Source: Eledone cirrhosa (taxonomy: Eukaryota). From it: 64,000 bases of DNA. The position numbers and the translations under genes are program-made. Location: assembly GCA_964016885.1 (NCBI GenBank), contig OZ024743.1:258974001-259038000 (forward strand), written 5' to 3'. Below are positions 20,241 through 34,543 of the stretch, one piece after another. Within the stretch, counting starts at the first letter, position 1. Every line of letters begins with the position of its first letter. The notes under the pieces are model-generated. The model worked only from the letters and a program-made list of their open reading frames with translations. It had not been told where the DNA came from and did no database searches.

Positions 20241-20969
20241 TGCCGGTTGTATAAAAATATTATTATTATGCCCATTCACTAGCAATACATTAAATATTGT
20301 ATTTCTTCAGATTTCAAAAAGATTTCTGAGTACGAGGTAAGTTTGTCGCATCTTGCAGTGAAAATATTTCTACTGCTATCCGCTCTGAATAAAAGGCAAC
20401 TGGACTAAAGCGAGTGGTAGAAAAGATATAATTTGGGGGGACAGAGAGGGAAATAAGTCATAAAAAAAATTAGCTATGACAAAAATAAATGAGATAGAAT
20501 AAAGATCCCCCCTCCCCCCCCCCCCTAAAAAAACTAAGGGTTGAAAATTTACTTTTACATAAACACATATGTACACTATATATATAAATATATATAAATC
20601 AAAATGGCGAGCTGTGTTGTTGCAATTAAGTATAATGAAAAATTAGAAATTAGAAGTTAGGATTATCCATCATCAGTTGTCTACTAGGCGTCATAGGCAT
20701 TTCCTCGCATTAAAGATAAGATACCTCGGCCTAGGGCGAAACAATGGAATCATCGGAGCATATGCAATGTTAAAACAAGTAATTAAATTCCTAATCTTTA
20801 GAACATTCATTAAGATACATTATAATTAATAGTGTCAGTAACATTTGTCTGGAAGAAACGATCGTAAGCAATTAAACAAAAATTTGATTGTTTTCTATGT
20901 TGTATTTCTGCTCTGTAATATATCTGATATTTTACATTGAGCTAATTGTCTTACTGGTAATTGGGTAAT

Positions 20970-21155
20970 ACACAATATTACCCTTGTCTTATTTGTAATT
21001 GTATATAGATTATATATATAAGTATAAATATTATTACTATTATTATTAATAATAGAAAGTGAACACAATATTACCCTTGTCTTATTTGTAATTGTATATA
21101 GATTATATATATAAGTATAAATATTATTACTATTATTATTAATAATAGAAAGTGA
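20970..21155. repeat. Tandem duplication, 93-bp unit x2
   Basis: ACACAATATTACCCTTGTC... starts at 20970 and again at 21063. Confidence 0.9.
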
Positions 21156-21350
21156 ACAACACAATATATATAACTATTCCATTACCAAAGGTTTCAGGAC
21201 CCTAGACGTATGTTAATATTGTCTAGGGTTCGGAAACCTTTGGTAATGGAGTAGTTATATATTGTGTTGTTCATTTTCTAATTAAATAGCTCTGTTCTAT
21301 ACATAGAGCACTCTTTTTTCCTTTGCTTTTTCTTTGGAAATACTTAACAC
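21146..21350 (+). mobile_element. Fold-back fragment of a hammerhead-bearing Penelope-like family (same family as 24911-25216)
   Basis: Imperfect palindrome 21146-21280 containing GAAACCTTTGGTAATGGAGTAGTTAT; tail matches the reverse complement of 24911-24975; CTGATGA half is lost. Confidence 0.75.
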
Positions 21351-21470
21351 AGACACACACACAGACACACACACACACACACACACACAGACACACACAT
21401 ATATATATAAAACCTAATATATAACCTTCCATATACTGTACCGATTGTGTTGTTATTTCTGTTTACCTTT

Positions 21471-21504
<34 letters not shown>

Positions 21505-21507
<3 letters not shown>

Positions 21508-21867
21508 TGTACCTCCGGCATTCGCGATTCCAGTTATTTGCGGGATTTTCCTTAAAACCTAACTAATAATTGTTCGTACAAACCACCGCATATTCACGGA
21601 ATCGTAAATATCTTCCGCGAAATTTTAATGGCTTTTTTCGTGGCAATATATATTTTTTTAACGCTAAATTATTAATAACAAAATAACGTATTTGCCGGCC
21701 TATTGGACGCCCCTTCGCATAAGACGCTCCCTCTTTTTTTTTAAAATTATATTTTCCGTTATATTTGGAAGTTTATAGGTATTTTTATGGACCACGTCCA
21801 ATATTCGCGGTTCCCCACTCTTCGCGGGTGCTCTAGGAACGTAACCCCCGCGAACACCGGGGAACAA

Positions 21868-21870
<3 letters not shown>
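21505..21870. mobile_element. Tc1/mariner (pogo/Tigger-like) MITE
   Basis: TA|CAGTGTACCTCCGGCATTCGCG ... CGCGAACACCGGGGAACAACTG|TA: imperfect TIRs with TA target duplication. Confidence 0.75.
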
Positions 21871-21925
<55 letters not shown>

Positions 21926-21927
<2 letters not shown>

Positions 21928-22460
21928 AAATAAAGTTAAATAAAAGTCAAATGATTAAAATTTAGCTTCGTTTATTACTGCTATATATATTTCAGTGACA
22001 GCCATCTTTGGCTGTGACCTCTTCAGGCAGTTTGAATTAGTATGGTATAGACAAGTACATATGTTGTTTAGGTGTATGATATTGTCAATACTCTGATATG
22101 CCCAGTTCCTTGTTGGGTTGTTAATTCACTGGGGAACTGGAGTCATATCCAGTTCCCCAGTGAATTAACAACCCAACAAGGAACTGGGCATATCAGAGTA
22201 TTGACAATATCATACACCTAAACAACATATGTACTTGTCTATACCATACTAATTCAAACTGCCTGAAGAGGTCACAGCCAAAGATGGCTGTCACTGAAAT
22301 ATATATAGCAGTAATAAACGAAGCTAAATTTTAATCATTTGACTTTTATTTAACTTTATTTTACACTACTCCGGAGTAACCAAACCAACCTGCGCACTTC
22401 GTCGAGTGCTCCAGCCTGCATACTGAGGTGTTGGTATACAACCAACATAAACTCAAAATC
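21926..22460 (+). mobile_element. Penelope-like pLTR fold-back: 216-bp inverted repeat (21926-22141 / 22148-22363, loop GTCATA) plus about 100-bp tail, between (TA)n tracts
   Basis: Arms read as exact reverse complements; hammerhead followed by AATAAA in each arm. Confidence 0.85.
22259..22311 (+). ncRNA. Minimal type I hammerhead ribozyme (mirror copy on - at 21978-22030)
   Basis: CTGC-CTGAAGA-GGTCACAGCCA AAGA TGGCTGTCACT-GAAA-TATATA-TA-GCAG: stem I CTGC/GCAG, stem II ACAGCCA/TGGCTGT, palindromic minimal stem III. Confidence 0.85.
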
Positions 22461-22859
22461 TATATATATATAAGTTTGTATTAATGAGGAAGAAGCTTGG
22501 ATAGGTTACACGCTGAAATCGCAGATCTCGTAGTAGAATTTGACCTCATTAATTTACCTACTCTGTAGCTCATTGTGCATTGAGTACTACTCTGATTTGT
22601 GTTCATCCCTGTTTTCACACTGCAAAATATCCCCCACCTCTCTCTACATATATGTGTGTATGTGCAAACGAGGAGGGAAAACTGTGTGAAAGGTTCATAT
22701 ACGCCTTTGAGGTTAAGTAGTAACATATTTAGATGAGACATGAAAAGGTCAAGCGTTCGTTGTTCTAGCATGAAGGTGGGGAGTTTTCAGTGATTCACAG
22801 TTAGTTAAATTCTCTCATATCTATTGATTTTTTCCCGTCGATCATTTCATTGTCTTCTA

Positions 22860-23190
22860 ATAATTGTTTCTACTTTTGGCACAAGGCCAGCAATTACCCA
22901 GTGCATTACTGGTACTTTATTTTATCGACCCCGTAAGGATGAAAGGCAAAGTTAACCTCGGTGGGATTTGAACTGGAAAGGGCCGTTTATACGTCAAAGC
23001 ATGGTGTCCGACCCTCCACCGATACTGCCAATCCACCGCCCTTTTGTCCGTCACAATGATTATAATCATCCTAATCGACAAGACTATAATAATTGTTTCT
23101 ACTTTTGGCACAAGGCCAGCAATTACCTAGTGTATTACTGGTTCTTTATTTTATCGACCCCGTAGGGATGAAAGGCAAAGTTAACCTCGA
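22860..23190 (-). mobile_element. Two family A SINE copies (one full-length, one truncated)
   Basis: Same SINE motifs as above. Confidence 0.85.
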
Positions 23191-23482
23191 CAAGCCTATA
23201 ATAATAACCAGCAACTTACTTAACAAACTGGAAAGGCAAAGTTAAGCTCGACAAGCCTATAATAATAACCAGCAACTTACTTAACAAACTGGTTAACTAA
23301 ACAATATAGGACATAAGAAGGAAGGTACATGTATAAAGATATGTCTATAACTAAGATTATAAGCGCACAGCTTTAGATATTTTATCGGAAAGGAGGCCAG
23401 TTTCACTTGCACATTAACTACACTAATAGGTATAAATGCGCTCGGGGCCAAACCTAATATTGCTTGACTTTGCAGAGACTTC

Positions 23483-23554
23483 AGTAGTGTAGTGTAGTGT
23501 AGTGTAGTGTAGTGTAGTGTAGTGTAGTGTAGTGTAGTGTAGTGTAGTGTAGTG
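23483..23554. repeat. (GTAGT)n pentanucleotide microsatellite
   Basis: Direct reading. Confidence 0.95.
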
Positions 23555-23600
23555 TTTCAGACGACAAACTAATTTTGGTTGACGACTGAACAGAGATCTC

Positions 23601-23636
<36 letters not shown>

Positions 23637-23639
<3 letters not shown>

Positions 23640-24756
23640 ATATATCACATCCACTGATATGGATTCTGAACACGTGCACACGCTTAGGTCACATTATGGA
23701 ATCGGTGATAATTTACAAAAAAGTGTGATGATCAATGACCTGGAAGTTGGCTTACCATGAGATTAGTCCGAAGACTAAAACCCAAATCGTATGTTGACGA
23801 ATATTCGTACTCCCGGCATGTTAATTGTAAGTAGAGTTAATTGAGAGTAGAGTTTATTTTTTCGATATTTCGAGGTGTCGGATCGTTGGAAGATTAACAC
23901 GAATTAAGAAGATGTAACTTTATTGAATTGCTTCAGTCATTCGAAGGGTTTTACAAACGGTGATATACAAGGCACTTGAACAGAACCTGAATATGTTCAT
24001 TCAGTTATAATTTCTTCAATAATTGCGATGACTTCCTCAAGTGTTCTGTGTTTGTCCTTGAGCGCTAAGGCAGTAAGTTTGTTGAATAAGTTCCGATGAC
24101 TTCCTCAAGTGTTCTGTGTTTGTCCTTGAGCGCTAAGGCAGTAAGTTTGTTGAATAAGTTCCGATGACTTCCTCAAGTGTTCTGTGTTTGTCCTTGAGCG
24201 CTAAGGCAGTAAGCTTGTTGAATAAGTTCCGATGACTTCCTCAAGTGTTCTGTGTTTGTCCTTGAGCGCTAAGGCAGTAAGTTTGTTGAATAAGTTCCGA
24301 TGACTTCCTCAAGTGTTCTGTGTTTGTCCTTGAGCGCTAAGGCAGTAAGCTTGTTGAATAAGTTCCGATGACTTCCTCAAGTGTTCTGTGTTTGTCCTTG
24401 AGCGCTAAGGCAGTAAGTTTGTTGAATAAGTTCCGATGACTTCCTCAAGTGTTCTGTGTTTGTCCTTGAGCGCTAAGGAAGTAAGTTTTAATGAATAAGC
24501 CAGGGAAGTTTGTGCTGGAGCACAAACTTCCCCGGCTTATTCATTCTGAACGAAGAAAGCTGGATGGAAGAAGGACTTATGACTTAAACAGCTATTGATA
24601 GTTTCACACAAAAAATTGGTCTGCAACAAACACACCTAGCAAAGGTTGGTATTGAAAATCCAGTATGGGAACCCAGGGTCGCTAGCATTTTCAGACGCAC
24701 TCTGGGAACTGCGATTAACCCCACCTTTCCCGGGTATTACCGGGTACTGCAGCTAG
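23637..24756 (+). mobile_element. Non-autonomous Helitron carrying an internal tandem array
   Basis: Starts A|TCTATATATC; ends with GC hairpin CCCGGGTATTACCGGG about 8 nt before CTAG|T; no TSD. Confidence 0.7.
24027..24499. repeat. 68-bp minisatellite x7, near-identical units
   Basis: GATGACTTCCTCAAGTGTTCTGTGTTTGTCCTTGAGCGCTAAGGCAGTAAG(T/C)TTGTTGAATAAGTTCC at 24027, 24095, 24163 and onward. Confidence 0.97.
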
Positions 24757-24811
24757 TATATAATAGTTTATACGAGTTGATAACGCAACTATAGAAGGCA
24801 AAACTCAAATG

Positions 24812-25280
<469 letters not shown>

Positions 25281-25281
<1 letters not shown>

Positions 25282-26414
25282 TAGCAGTGTATCCCGGCGT
25301 TGCACGGGTAAGAACATTGGTAATAGCACCTCCAATGAGAAACGTTTATTTGTGAGTGCCTGTTAAAAACTCACGAAAATATACCGACAGGAAACTTGTT
25401 TTATTTGGAGAAAATTAAGAAGTTGAAAGTACAGTTTAGCTGTCTACGTGCATTGTTCATAGAAATATTGTTGAGACCCTTCTTTTGATACTCCTCTGTT
25501 TTGGCCTATTGGAGTAAGTGTGAAAGAGAAAGTCACAGGTTAAGTTGGCAGAAGGTTCCAGTGTCATAGCAGTAAGGCGTAGGTTACTTACCTCAAAAGA
25601 TCATTCGCACTCTTTCCACTAACTTACTCTTTCTCTCTAACCCTCTCGGTGCAGTCCCTTGCGAATTTCTCGCGTAGGCCTGGTGTAGATTTGCACCCGA
25701 TCCATCTGCCCGATGCACATGTCCGCTTTGTACGGCTTTTGGAGGAAGGAGTGACCAGCAGTACGTTGTTCGGTATTATTACGAAAAGGTGTAGCAGAGA
25801 ATCCCACGTGAACTAACAGCTCGGGAGGGAGGAAACTGCTTACCTCAAAGATTCATTCGCCATCGTTCTTGCCCCGTTTAGTTGGTATTTGTTGGTCTAC
25901 AGTTAGATGAATGGCGCACAAAGAGTTAATGTTTATTGGCAAGAAGTGGCAACTGGGGTGGCTTGCCTCGCTTATATTATATATTAAAATAACAGATTAA
26001 AATTTAAGCAAAGAATCGTTGCTTTCACCCTTAACGGGATCTTCTGAAACTAAAAAAAAATCAATCCGTGAACGCAGAAGTAAGTATTTCGAAAAACGTT
26101 GCAACCGAAGGAAAACAGGAAGACGATACTTTGGTTCGTGAAGACGTTCCCTGGCGACGAACGGAAAATAGCGAAAATAATACGTCATCAATGTTTGTCA
26201 TAATGTCGTAATGCAGACAGCCAGACATATAGACATATATTATAAGGGCGCGACGGAGATCGATAACCGGCGCCTAACACCCCTTTAACAACAGAAAATT
26301 GAAAAATAAAAGCTACAGTTAATATCTTTAGACCGCAAGGAATATTTAAATGCAAGTTTGAAGTCAATCGGAGTAGAAATGTGGATTTGTATAGACTTTG
26401 CAAAAATGAGGACA

Positions 26415-26474
<60 letters not shown>

Positions 26475-26502
26475 TAACTAAAGTTTTATATATATGTATA
26501 GA
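25281..26502 (-). mobile_element. Non-autonomous Helitron
   Basis: Minus strand begins A|TCTATACATATATATAAAA then (TG)n, and ends CCCGTGCAACGCCGGG-ATACACTG-CTAG|T. Confidence 0.85.
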
Positions 26503-28176
26503 TAACGTAAATATCAATAGCGTAGTGCGCACCTTAATATATATTCAAATTAACTACTAACATAGATATTAAAAATATGCCGAATAGAATGTCGTTTTGT
26601 GATTACTACTACATTTACTACTTATGGGCATAAGTTACGTAGTTACTTGTAATAATTAGAGGAACATGATTCTAGTTATGAAACATAATGACAGACAGAA
26701 ATATCTCAGTTACTGTAAATACCTTATGTGGCATAGGTTGCAGGAGAAAGGAATGTTAATTTATTAACATGCAGAACTGGAATAATAAAGGATAGGAGAT
26801 CTAAAGTTTAATTTTCTAAACTAATCTTGCATTGGCATTAATTTAAACATTTTCTGAGCAAATTCTGGGCAAAACCTACATGAATTCTTTTACATTTATG
26901 TATGCATAGTCCCGTAACTCCAAAGGCAGTCCTAGGGGCGCTGTATCGACATACGACGGTTCTAGGGAATTTTAAAACCTGGCAGAGCCCAATCCCCTCC
27001 AGGTTTGAATACAGGAGATCTCTTTTAAAGAAAGATAGAGAATGAGAGAATGGAAGTGAGAACGAAATATAGAGGAAGAAGCGACCCCAATACTTGACTG
27101 GTACGTTTTTTATCGACTTCGATTAATTGGATGAAAAGCAAAGTTGACCTCAACGGGATTTGAACTCAGAGAGCAGAGAGCCGAAACGAATACCACAAAG
27201 CACTATATCCGACGTTCTAACGACTCTGCCAATTCGCCGCCTATATTTACATTTATATCTCAACGTGAAGTAACTTCTTGTGTCATTAGTGTATTCCTAC
27301 AGATTTTAAACTTCATGTAGTATGAGATGGTAGTAAGAGTGAAGTTTAAAGGCATCAAAATTATTTAGAAAATAGGAAATGGAAGGTTGCAACATTTATT
27401 CTAGTCTTACTTTAAAGAGAATGGCGAGCAACAAGTCAATATAAATGGCTCCAGTCAGGAAACGAAACCGAATCGTGGAAGAGCATATATGAAGCTTATC
27501 TCCATTTTATTGCTAGCAGAGACAGTAAACTGAATAGCTCATCGTTGGACACCCAAAGATCGGAAACCTTACGCCTAAAATCTGTTTCAAATATTCGATA
27601 GTCTGCAACGATTTTAATAGAAAAGTGATGGATCATGGCTTAGTAGTTAGGGAGATTAGTTTATTAACGTGGATTGTATTCCCAATAGTACGGCGTGTCC
27701 TTGAGCAAGTCACTTTATTTCAAGTTGCTCCAGGCTACTCAGCTAACAAAAATGAGTTGCACTTATAATACAAAGGACTAACCTTGTCATATAACTATGC
27801 CACGCTGTACCAAACTGAGAATTATGTTAAGGAAATATGGGTTCGGGGAATGCTCAGTCACTTGTACGTTAATTTCACAAGATTGCTATCTCGTTGATCT
27901 CACAGCTCGAACTCTTCGTCAGAACCGACACATACCACAGAGAGAGAGAGAGAGAGAGAGAGTGAGAGAGTGTGTGAGTGAGAGAGAGTGAGTAAGAGAG
28001 GAAGAGAGAAAGGGAGAGAGTGAAAGTGAGTGAGTGAGGACGAGAAAGAGAGAACAACTGAATAGAGAGCGTTAGAAGTTTCTGTTGCATGATGAGAAGA
28101 AAATCAAATTCATCACCTGTTTACTTATTTTTTTAATCTTTTTGTCTCTCTTTCTCTCTAACCCCTTTCTCCCTGT

Positions 28177-28266
<90 letters not shown>

Positions 28267-28934
28267 CAAAGTTATATATTGAGTTAGAAACTCAAAATAG
28301 TCTCTTACAATAAAATAGCTCAAGGAAAGAGATTTTTCCGAGCCGTATAATATAATTGAATATAAAAGAGAGATAAACACAGATATATACATATATGTGT
28401 TCAAATCATAAGGGACCAGATTCGCGAATCTGGTCCCTTATATATATATATATATATATATTTGTATCACCCGCTTTCTGTGTGTATGTCTCTCTTTCTC
28501 TACCTCTCCCGCTTTCTATCTGTAACCCTATTGTATCTCTCTCTCACACCCTCAAATGTCCCCCCCCCCACACGCAAAAGAAGTTAACAACCAGGGTAAC
28601 ATTTATATCTATCTAGATGTCATAGGTATTATTAACATATTTTCGTTGTCAAGTCTATACAGTCAGTAAACTGTTTCCTCTTAAGTGCTTTTGGATCAGA
28701 TAAATATATTTATTTGCTCGGCTGCAGCGCGCGCGCACACCACACACACACACACACACACACACGCATATATATATATATATATATACATACACAGATG
28801 CAGATTGATACACACACATACATATGCACATACATATATACATACACACTCACGTATACACATACACGCATACACAAGCATATGTGTATATATACACATA
28901 TATTTATACTCACATTCACACACACACACACACC

Positions 28935-28970
<36 letters not shown>

Positions 28971-29426
28971 CGCACACAAAACAAAAAGCAGCAACAAAAA
29001 TGTTCATAAAAAAAGGCAAATTTTCAAATCCTCGCCCACCATAGTTAAAACCCAACTGCTTCAAATGTTTTCACCAGAGTTTTCCGATATGCTTCCCTAT
29101 TTAATGACCTGTAATCCTCTGCTATCCGTTGCAATAGATAACCTTACAGTCAGCTCATTTCTCACTACTTTGGAATGGTTCACATTTCTGTCTAAACATG
29201 GTTTCTTTCTTCTTAAGCTGTTGTTATTTATTGTTGCTAGGCAGATGGTAAAATATCATTTATTTGTCTGTCAGTATTGTTGATTTCACTGTAGCTTGTT
29301 TACAGACATATATGCATATGTCCAGAGGTATATATGTGTGTGATTAGAGGTATATGTGTGTGTGTTGAGAGGTATATATATATATATATGTATGTGTTGA
29401 TATTGCTAGGTAAATATAATGAAATG

Positions 29427-30215
29427 TATGTATGTATGTTCTTCTGGTTTTATAATTTCACAAAGTTTTACCAATAGAGAGAGAGTCGGTTTCTAACATA
29501 GACACAAGACTCTCTCATTGGAATTTACACAACATCAACTAGGTAGATTATGAATGCATGCATGTGTAGATATGGATGTTATTGTATGTGTGGATGTGTA
29601 TGTTTTGAGTTGTATGTGTGCATGTGTATATACTTTGCATCTGTTCATATGTATATGCAGTTATTAGATGCAAAATCTTTGGAATGTTTTACATATTTTT
29701 ACTGTTCCATTAATGGATTGTACTTGTAATTTCCTAACTAGTTGTGTTCTTTCTGTTCCCGTGAAGCCTAGCTTCTCAAAATTTGATGTATGTATGTATG
29801 TTCTTCTGGTTTTATAATTTCACAATTTTTTACCAATAGGGAGTCGGTTTCTAACATAGACACAAGACTCTCTCATTGGAATTTACACTACATCAACTAG
29901 GTAGATATGTCTGCATGTCTGAATGCATGCATGTGTAGATGTGGATGTTATTGTATGTGTGGATGTGGATGTTTTGAGTTGTATGGGCTTTGTATTTTAG
30001 ATACAACATTTTTGGAATGTTTTACATATTTTTACTGTTCCATTAATACATTGTACTTGTAATTTCCTAACTAGTTGTGTTCTTCTGTTCATGTGAAGCT
30101 TAGCTTCTCAAGATTTGCACTGAGGCAGTTACTAACATACCCCAGTGCCCCAATAATCACAGGCATAAATCTGAAGGTGTAATCAGGGTGGAGTATCTGC
30201 AGATTTATTGAGCGG
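29427..30215 (-). mobile_element. Two tandem 5'-truncated 3' ends of an R4/Dong-like (RLE) non-LTR retrotransposon
   Basis: Minus strand encodes FRFMPVIIGALGYVSNCLSANLEKL..RKLQVQ.INGTVKICKTFQ; copies 29427-29786 and 29787-30215 both end in (CATA)n. Confidence 0.7.
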
Positions 30216-30219
30216 TTCG

Positions 30220-31320
30220 TTTATTAAATCGACCTCAGTAGTTATCTAGTACTTACTTTTTATCGACTTCGGTAGAATGACATTGGTGGGATTAGAATGC
30301 ATAAAAGCAGAACGAATATCATAGTATTTTGTACGATGGTCTAGCCATCTCGCCAAACCACCGCCTTCATAATAATGGTTTCTACTTTAGGCTTAAAGCC
30401 AGTAATTTTGGCGGGTGGAAAAAACCGATTATAGCGACACCATTTTTTAACTGGTACTTTATTTTATCGATACAGGAAAAATGAAAGGCAAATTTGACCT
30501 CGACAGGATTTGAACTCAGAACGTAACAAGCAGTGGCCAACAAACTGGAGGGTATACTGTCCGACACAAGCGACGAATTGGCGGAGTCATTAGAACATCG
30601 GATAGAGTGCTTTGCGGTGTTCGTTCCAGTTCTCTACTCTCTGAGTTCAAATTCCGCTGAGGTCAACTTTGCCTTTCATCCATTCGAAGTCGATAAAAAA
30701 GTATAGTCTTCCTCTATATCTCTTTTTCACTTTCTCTCTCTCTCTCACTTTTTATCTTTCTCTGGAAGAAATCTGCTGTGTTCAGATCTGGAGAGGGATG
30801 AGCTCCACCAGGCTTAAAATGCCCCAGAACCACCGTATGTCACTACGGTGCCCTTAGAACCCCACCAGGAGTTAAGGGACCATGCATGTATTTTGTCCGA
30901 CGTTCTAACAATTCTGCCAGTTCATCGCCCTGTACATTGAATAATAATGGTTTCTTATATAGGCACAAGGCCAGCAAATTTGGGAGAGGAGAAAGTTGGT
31001 TAAATCGACCCAAGTGCGTGACACTGGTACTGAGGATGAAAGACAAAGTTAACCTCGGCGGGATTTGAACTCAGATCATAAAGGGCCGTACCTCTATGCT
31101 GCAAAGCATGGCGTCCGACTTTCTACCGATACTGCCAATCCACCGCCCTTTTACATTAGATAATAATTGTTTCTACTTTTTGGCACAAGGCCAGCAATTA
31201 CCCAGTACATTACTGGTACTTTATTTTATCGACCCCGTAAGGATGAAAGGCAAAGTTAACCTCAGCAGGATTCGAACTCAGAATGTCAAGGGCCGTAACT
31301 CTATGCGTCAAAGCATTAGA
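30220..31320. mobile_element. Dense nest of family A and C SINEs
   Basis: Repeated SINE motifs in both orientations; the last copy is flanked by TSD CATTAGATAATAA. Confidence 0.8.
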
Positions 31321-31857
31321 TAATAATAACCCTTTTCACACACCATGTCATTAAATGGATCTGAGGAATGCTCAGCTATTGGTATGAACAAGTTCTTCCT
31401 TTAGAAGGAAGGAAGCACAAACGTGGATGTAATGGATAGATAGACAGATACACACACATACACACGCACATGCGCACACACAATACGCGCGCGCGCGCAC
31501 ACACACACATATATATATAAAGAGAGAGAGAAGGAGATAGAGATAAACAGAAGTACAGAGAGAGAAAGAGATAGATAGATTTAGATGAAACCTCTCTAAT
31601 ATTTAAGATACCCACTGACCAGTATTTCCCTAAAATAGCTGACTGATCACAAACGTGCTTACCTCCCCGCTAATATTTTTCGTTTCTTCCTCTTTTCACT
31701 CTCTATCTTTCTATTTCTTTTTATTTCTTGTTCTTTCTTCTGACAAACAATTAGAGTCTGAAAGGTTGTGACGCTTTTCTTATTATATCAAGCGTTTAAC
31801 TAATATATTTTTCATTGTATTGTATTGTTTGGTTTGTCGTTTCGCTTTCTTTTCACG

Positions 31858-31959
<102 letters not shown>

Positions 31960-31988
31960 GAACGAGATAGATATATGTCTAAATAACA

Positions 31989-32180
31989 GATGGCTAAATA
32001 TATTGATGGCTAAATACATAGATAGCTAAATATATTGATAGCTAAATATATTGATGGCTAAATGTATTGATGGCTAAATAGATAGAGAGCTAAATATATT
32101 GATGGCTAAATATATTGATGTCTAAATGTATTGATGGCTAAATAGATAGAGAGCTAAATATATTGATGGCTAAACAGATA
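31989..32180. repeat. 16-bp minisatellite GATGGCTAAATATATT
   Basis: Direct reading, degenerate copies. Confidence 0.85.
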
Positions 32181-32204
32181 GTTGAACAAAGTACGAACAG
32201 AAAA

Positions 32205-32950
32205 ATACCACCACCACTACTACCACTACTACCACCACCACCACTCTTACTACCAGCACCGCCATCAACGACAAAATCAACGTTACCACCACCACCACCA
32301 CTAACACCACAACCACCACTACCACAACTAACACCATCAACACCACAACTACCACCACCTCCACTACAAATACTACTACTATCACCATCAACATCACTGC
32401 CGCCACCATCACCGCTACTAACAAGACCACTAACACCACCACCACCAACACTATCACCAACACCACCCCCATCATCACCACTACTAACAAGATCTACCAT
32501 CACCACCACCTCTACCATCAAAACTACAAAAAATACCAATTCCAACAACACCATCATCAGCAGCAGCAACACCACTACCACCACCACCAACACCACGACA
32601 AACATCACCACCACCACTATTACCACAAACACCATCTCCACCATCACCACTACTAACAAGACCACCAACATCATCATCAGCAGCAGCAGCACCACCACTA
32701 CCACCACCACCAACACCACCACAAACATCACCACCATCACTACTACCACAAACACCATCACCACCATCACCACTACTAACAAGATCACCAACACCATCAG
32801 CAGCACCACTACCACCACCACCAACACCACCACAAACATCAACACCACCACAAACATCACCACCACCACCACTACTACCACAAACACCATCACCACCACT
32901 AACAAGATCACCAACACCAACTCCAATACCAGCAGCAGCAGTAGCAGCAG
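32205..32950. repeat. Degenerate (ACC/AAC/ATC)n trinucleotide tract with internal block duplications
   Basis: Direct reading; open on both strands only because of composition. Confidence 0.85.
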
Positions 32951-33555
32951 ATTTTCCCTCAAATGTCTCTCACTAAATGTTTGGTCGCGCTTTTTGCAAT
33001 TTTGTCAACTTTTATAGAAAATCGACAAGTAAGTTGTCGAGATAAAAATCTTCCACACAAGAACAAAATAGACCAATATTTATATAATCAATAATGCACC
33101 GGTATCTGCAAATGGGATAATAGACGCTCAGAAGGCAGACAATTGATGTTGTTCCTTACCATTCATTTCTTCAGAGTATGTGTAATAAATACCAGTAATA
33201 TCGACCGTCCATTCATTGATTCTTTAACTCTTGGTGAAGTCATAGGAGTGCCGTCATGACATACGTCGTATTTTGGGCATTTAACCCATTAACATTTACA
33301 TTACTCTATATATATACTATTGTATTTTTGCAGTAAAGGCTTTCTTTACCTTATATAAATATCTCACATAATATGAGATTTTAATATCATTTATTTTGAC
33401 CCTAACCCTAACGTTGCTATGAGCTGCCAGTTATGGCTGGTTTGACCAGAAAGAATAGAAATAATTCTGGCCAGATACGGCCGGTTTAAACCGGGCAGAA
33501 CTTCCCCCCCTTTTTTATGTCTGAACACAGCCGATTTCTTCTTCTTCTTCTATTT

Positions 33556-33621
<66 letters not shown>

Positions 33622-34278
33622 TGTGTGTGTAAGAGAGAGTGAGTGTGTGTGTTTAAGAGAGAGAAAGGATGAATGACGAAACTGAGACGGAACTAATACC
33701 GTAAAACATTCTATCCGATATTCTAATGCCTCTGCCAATCCGTTACCTTTACCAGTAATATTTGTGTGATAAAGTAATTGTCTGTATTATTTCTTGTTAC
33801 TTTTATCCCCTAACAAAAGAGAAAAAGGCCGCCAGTGAATGAGAAAATCAATATCTCAGAATGTGTTTCTTATATATTTCTCAGTCACCATTGTACTACA
33901 GCTATACAACGAGAATTCCCATGATGTCAGTGCGACTGCGCATAAACTATGTTTTAGTTTATTCAGTAAAGTATAATTTATCTGACAGTTTTGGCTATTT
34001 CCTGTTATTTTTTAAAGACATTTAAAAAGTAAATTCTTTACAACTTCTATGTTGCGTTATTCTGAATTGTTGACAATAGAAGTATTGTATCCCGTAAATC
34101 TTCGTGGCTTATAACAATGCAGTAAACTGACACTCCGTCGGTTACGATGACAAGTGTTCCAGTTGATACGATCAATGCCACAGACTGTTCCCAAAATTAA
34201 TTTCGCAAGTGGCTGGGCTTTCCACAGTCACGCGTACCCTTAACTTAGTTATCAAGGAGATTCAGCATGACACAGAAT

Positions 34279-34543
34279 CAGCGGCATGCAGAGCTCTGGT
34301 GATGCTCAGGGCAAATCTTGATTGTATGCCACAAAGACTCAAGTATAATGCCTAATATACTGAGAAATATTATGAGAAAAGAAAATATTTTGAATATATA
34401 AACACAGATGAAACATGAAATAAACGCTTTATTCGATTTTAATATAAATCAATCAAATTTATTAAGTTCTTTTCCCCAAATGATGCCCCATCCAACGGAT
34501 GCCCGGGGCCAACGCGCCGTCGGTACCCCTATGCATGCTACTG
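34279..34543. mobile_element. hAT-like MITE inserted into a family B SINE (about 34130-34705, -)
   Basis: TIRs CAGCGGCATGCA / TGCATGCTACTG; 8-bp imperfect TSD CACAGAAT / CACAATAT; SINE sequence resumes after it. Confidence 0.7.

Noticed and set aside
20640-20685. CTGATGA followed by a small hairpin on -
   Set aside because: No GAAA or stem III; cannot be called a ribozyme
32138-33017. 284-aa Pro/Thr-rich mucin-like ORF inside the mesh gene
   Set aside because: Trinucleotide low-complexity tract open on both strands; no convincing splice sites; similar tracts at 7147 and 9720
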